DNA of 37,437 nt. It comes from an uncultured Thermoproteales archaeon. GTDB taxonomy: Archaea; Thermoproteota; Thermoprotei; Thermofilales; B9-G17. Position numbers and translations under genes: made by a program. Location: assembly GCA_964550975.1 (NCBI GenBank), contig CAZKAY010000006.1, forward strand, positions 1-37,437, given 5' to 3'. The notes under the pieces were generated by a model that saw nothing but the letters and a program-made list of their open reading frames with translations, was not told the origin of the DNA and did no database searches. Positions within the stretch are counted from its first letter, which is position 1. Every line of letters starts with the position of its first letter. Of this stretch, positions 33,861-37,437 are shown piece by piece.

Positions 33861-36665
33861 TTAAATTTTCTTCTCTCTCCAATATTCTCTCGTTCTAGCA
33901 TACTTCCTTTCCATCTCAATAATCAGCCTATATATTTCATCCTTATCATCTGAGAATAATGTTCTATTAATAATTTTTAGAGCGTTTGAGGGTCCTATTC
34001 CTCTAGCAGCTAATGCTATTGCCGCTCTTTTACCATAATATAGATAGAGTTTAGCATTTTTCTGTAAACGACGATATACCTTATTTTCATCATCCATCAA
34101 TCTTAATCCATTTAATCTCTTCCTAATTATATCTAGTGAATAATTATCCCACTTATAGGTTAGCGTTAATATTCTTGATCCACATATCGGGCATCTCATT
34201 TTATCTCTAATATTTTTTACCTTTAAAATCTTATTCCATTTACCGCAGTGAAGGCAAATAATTTTAAGTTCTTCTTCAAAAAGTCTTGCCTTTACAATAT
34301 TTATTAACAATGTTATCGGAATAGTTGAAACATCATAATCTATATATTTATATGAATATAGAATTGGTTCGGCAAATGATGAAGGATTATTTATAGAATT
34401 ATATTTTATAACAATGTTTAACTTACCATTTTTTATCATCTCAATAATTTTCTTTGTCTTATCTATATCTATATCTCTTGTAGTGATCTCATTTATGGTT
34501 TCCTTATCAACAGGAGTTTTATATAAAAACTTTATAATTCTATCTGGGGAACTTAAATTCTTGTTTTTTTCTATTATACCAAATCTCTGAGCTACATGTA
34601 AAAATCTCCATATATAAGTCTTAGTTTTACGAAGATAATCAAACATTTTTATAAAATCTTCCTCTTCAATTCCCTTTAAAATATCTCTAATTTTTCTCCC
34701 ATCTATATTTTTCTCAGACAATATCGCTATTCTATATGCATCACTTCTATATCCAATTTTAAATGAAAACATGTCTGATAGAATAGATGTTAAAAGTAAT
34801 CCAAGTGTTGTATTCACTCTACTTCCACCATGGATATGAATTACATTTATCTTTCCAAGAGATTCGATAATAATATTCTTATCTGTAGGTATAGGATTTC
34901 CTTTCTCCATTTCTTTCTTAATATACATTATTATTTTATCGAAAAGATTGTTATCTATGCTATACCGTCTTCTAATTTTTTCTAAAATATTAATATTATG
35001 TATATTCTCCTCTATCAATCTCTTAAATCCACCTATTTCTCTAGCAACGTTAAAATATATTGGTATCATTTCTCCTTCCCATATAGGTATAGCTGCTAAA
35101 TAACTACTTGATGGAGATACATTTATAACTTCTTTTTCATAATCTATTTTTTCTACATACCAAGGTTTTCCGGAAAGTATAAATACCATGTTCTCAGAGT
35201 CATAGTTTAAAGAGATAAAGCGTTCATCTAATTCTCCTATAATTCTTCCACTTACAAGGTCTTTAACCTTAAATCTTTTTACATCCGGTATAGTTGATAT
35301 GTTTTCAAAATAATATTTGTAGGCTTTTCTTCTGGGATATATTTTCCCATCACTGAATCCAATTAATCTTAACCTTTTTAAGAAAATTATAACTTCTCTC
35401 AATTCTTTCAGGTTTAAATCGCTATATGGGTATGCTGAAACAATTATACTATATATGTCCATAATATCTCTATATCCTTCGAGTAAAAGACCTACTATTT
35501 GATGTGCTAGTACATCAAGGCATTTCTTAAATATTGTTGGTTTTTCTAAGTTCATGTTTAAAGCTCTTCTTCTAATAACTATAGATTCTATTAAGTCTTC
35601 AATATTTATGGAGATTATAGTTCCAAAAGAGGTTTCCTTAATTTTATGTTTAGATCGTCCAATTCTCTGTAAGAGCTTTATAGCTTGACGAGGAGACATG
35701 TATTGCACTACTCTATTAATTCTACCTATATCTACCCCCAATTCAAGGGAAGATGTACATATCAATGCTTTTATCAAGCCATTTCTAAATCTTTTCTCTG
35801 TCTCTATTCTTTCCTCTCTTGAGAGAGAACTATGATAGACTTTTATTTCATTAATGAGAGATAAGCTTTTACCAATTTTTTCTGCAAGCGAACGAGTATT
35901 AGTGAAGACCAGTATACCGTTTTCATTTTTAATTAGATCTAAGAGAACATCTACTCCTATAATCTTTTTCGCCATATCTTTTTCCATAAATGAGAGTCTA
36001 ATATCTATTTTAAAATTCTTTTTTTCTTCATCCTTTATTATAATCACATTTCTTATCCCTCCTAAAAATAGAGCAGACGTTTTCTCATCCCCAATAGTTG
36101 CAGATAAGGCGATTCTCTGAATCCTGCATTTGCTAATTCTGGAAAGTCTTTCTAACGCAACTGATAATTGTACACCTCTTTTACTTGATATTAGTTCATG
36201 AAATTCGTCTAAAATAACCCATCTTACCCACTTCAAATGATTTCTAATATTTTTTCCGGATAAGATTATCTGTAAGGATTCCGGAGTCGTTATTAATATT
36301 TCTGGAGGATGTCTTGAAATTTCCTCTCTAATTCTTCTAGGTGTATCTCCATGCCTTATAGCTATACTTATATTTAGTTCGGATGCTATTGCAATAATTC
36401 TTCTAAAAATATCTCTATTCAACGATCTTAGAGGTGTTATATATATTACTTTTATACCACTCCTATCCATTTTCAAGAGTTTTTCAAATATCGGGAACAT
36501 AGCTGCCTCTGTCTTTCCAGATCCAGTTGGAGCAATTATCAGAACATGATTTCCATTCAATATAGGCATAAATGATTTATATTGAATTTGAGTTGGTACA
36601 CTATATCCATACTTATATATTACTTCTCTAAGCTTTCTACAAAAAATGTTAAATTTTTTCTCCAT
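33861..36665 (-). CDS. lhr: Lhr-family SF2 helicase with C-terminal Cys4 zinc motif
   Basis: APTGSGKTEAA, YITPLRSLNRD, RHGDT, TTPESL, DEFHE...KRG, SAT, SSLELGVDIG, QRIGRSKH, IPIWEGE; CLHC...CPICGS. Confidence 0.93.
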   Translation of the reverse strand: MEKKFNIFCRKLREVIYKYGYSVPTQIQYKSFMPILNGNHVLIIAPTGSGKTEAAMFPIFEKLLKMDRSGIKVIYITPLRSLNRDIFRRIIAIASELNISIAIRHGDTPRRIREEISRHPPEILITTPESLQIILSGKNIRNHLKWVRWVILDEFHELISSKRGVQLSVALERLSRISKCRIQRIALSATIGDEKTSALFLGGIRNVIIIKDEEKKNFKIDIRLSFMEKDMAKKIIGVDVLLDLIKNENGILVFTNTRSLAEKIGKSLSLINEIKVYHSSLSREERIETEKRFRNGLIKALICTSSLELGVDIGRINRVVQYMSPRQAIKLLQRIGRSKHKIKETSFGTIISINIEDLIESIVIRRRALNMNLEKPTIFKKCLDVLAHQIVGLLLEGYRDIMDIYSIIVSAYPYSDLNLKELREVIIFLKRLRLIGFSDGKIYPRRKAYKYYFENISTIPDVKRFKVKDLVSGRIIGELDERFISLNYDSENMVFILSGKPWYVEKIDYEKEVINVSPSSSYLAAIPIWEGEMIPIYFNVAREIGGFKRLIEENIHNINILEKIRRRYSIDNNLFDKIIMYIKKEMEKGNPIPTDKNIIIESLGKINVIHIHGGSRVNTTLGLLLTSILSDMFSFKIGYRSDAYRIAILSEKNIDGRKIRDILKGIEEEDFIKMFDYLRKTKTYIWRFLHVAQRFGIIEKNKNLSSPDRIIKFLYKTPVDKETINEITTRDIDIDKTKKIIEMIKNGKLNIVIKYNSINNPSSFAEPILYSYKYIDYDVSTIPITLLINIVKARLFEEELKIICLHCGKWNKILKVKNIRDKMRCPICGSRILTLTYKWDNYSLDIIRKRLNGLRLMDDENKVYRRLQKNAKLYLYYGKRAAIALAARGIGPSNALKIINRTLFSDDKDEIYRLIIEMERKYARTREYWREKKI

Positions 36666-36709
36666 TTTTCACACATATTTTTCTTAAATACTCTATTGCA
36701 ATATAAAAT

Positions 36710-36997
36710 ATGGATAATATGTCATCAATAAAATATTTTTTCATAATAGTTTTAACATTATTGTTTATACCAACTTTCCTAGAATACTTTTTCACCATCA
36801 TGAATCAGTGGATTATTTTCTTTTTATCAAATTTTGAACAAGTATATATGGCGTATGGAAATCTAACACAACCAAAATTGATTGAAGATAACATTTTTTC
36901 ATATTTACTAGAAGTTCCCTTTTCAATAATATTTTATATCACTATTATTGCATTATTTGTTTTAGTTATAAAAATTGTAGGAGATATATTTGGTTAA
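36710..36997 (+). CDS. Small two-TM membrane protein
   Basis: Two hydrophobic segments; fills the gap between flanking genes. Confidence 0.6.
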   Translation: MDNMSSIKYFFIIVLTLLFIPTFLEYFFTIMNQWIIFFLSNFEQVYMAYGNLTQPKLIEDNIFSYLLEVPFSIIFYITIIALFVLVIKIVGDIFG

Positions 36998-37401
36998 TCT
37001 TCTTCCTCTATATCACTTTCACCAAATATTTCATCGGGCTTTATAGTAAATATTTCTATTTCCTCTTCGCCAATGTATATTGTATCACGTATAGATAACT
37101 TTTCTTTTCTTATTATTTCCATTATCCTTTTTCTTTCAATAAAACTTATTTCTCTACCATATATACGGGTAATAAAGGTATCAAGGTCATTTTCCTCAAA
37201 AAATTTCTTTAAAATATTTCCATTCAAAGCAGTAGATATGAATATCTTATTCCTAATTCCTATCTTTCTCAAAAATCTTATAAAAGTATTTCTTAACTTT
37301 ATTTTTTCCAAGATCTTCTTTTCATATACATCCATCTTTTTAGCAATATTTTCCCTTAAATCTGGAGGCATTTTCTCAACATTTTCCCAAAAAACATTCA
37401 C
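36994..37401 (-). CDS. Hypothetical protein with acidic C-terminus
   Basis: 135-aa ORF with composition typical of this genome; no family recognised. Confidence 0.6.
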   Translation of the reverse strand: MNVFWENVEKMPPDLRENIAKKMDVYEKKILEKIKLRNTFIRFLRKIGIRNKIFISTALNGNILKKFFEENDLDTFITRIYGREISFIERKRIMEIIRKEKLSIRDTIYIGEEEIEIFTIKPDEIFGESDIEEED

Positions 37402-37437
37402 ATCATCTATGGTCTTGCCGAGTAAGCTATTTAGAAA

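Noticed and set aside
22887-36120. Short ORFs 22887-23162, 25066-25311, 26927-27115, 30607-30816, 31504-31716, 35854-36120
   Set aside because: All are antisense shadows of longer genes with clear family motifs.
1-37437. CRISPR array, IS element or provirus
   Set aside because: No regularly spaced repeats, transposase, integrase or viral hallmark genes were recognised; intergenic gaps are short.

Overview
A very AT-rich, gene-dense archaeal chromosomal segment, most likely from Thermoproteota/TACK. This assignment rests on a short nuclease-only XPF, a DUF2208-like protein, TIP49, family-4 UDG, AsnRS, EgsA, GGTGA/GGGGA-type ribosome-binding sites and an intron-containing tRNA. Most genes are housekeeping: radA, xpf, udg, Lhr and Hrq1/DUF1998-type SF2 helicases, TIP49, the two AcnX (probable phosphomevalonate dehydratase) subunits, egsA, asnS, rpl12, two GT2s, an S2P protease, an APC permease and tRNA-Thr(CGU) with an 11-nt intron. 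I saw no integrase, transposase or CRISPR array. The most striking element is the tightly overlapping + strand operon at the left edge (<1-3678). It encodes, in order: a degenerate HerA/VirB4-like ATPase fused to a winged helix, an unknown small protein, a second full-length RadA with an altered polymerisation interface, a SWIM zinc-finger protein (CxC-x15-CxH), a minimal inactive RecA-fold protein, and a C2H2 zinc-finger/coiled-coil protein. That composition resembles the eukaryotic Shu complex (SWS1-SWSAP1; Shu2 with Shu1/Psy3/Csm2) plus a dedicated recombinase. All family calls come from motif recognition by eye; no database searches were run.
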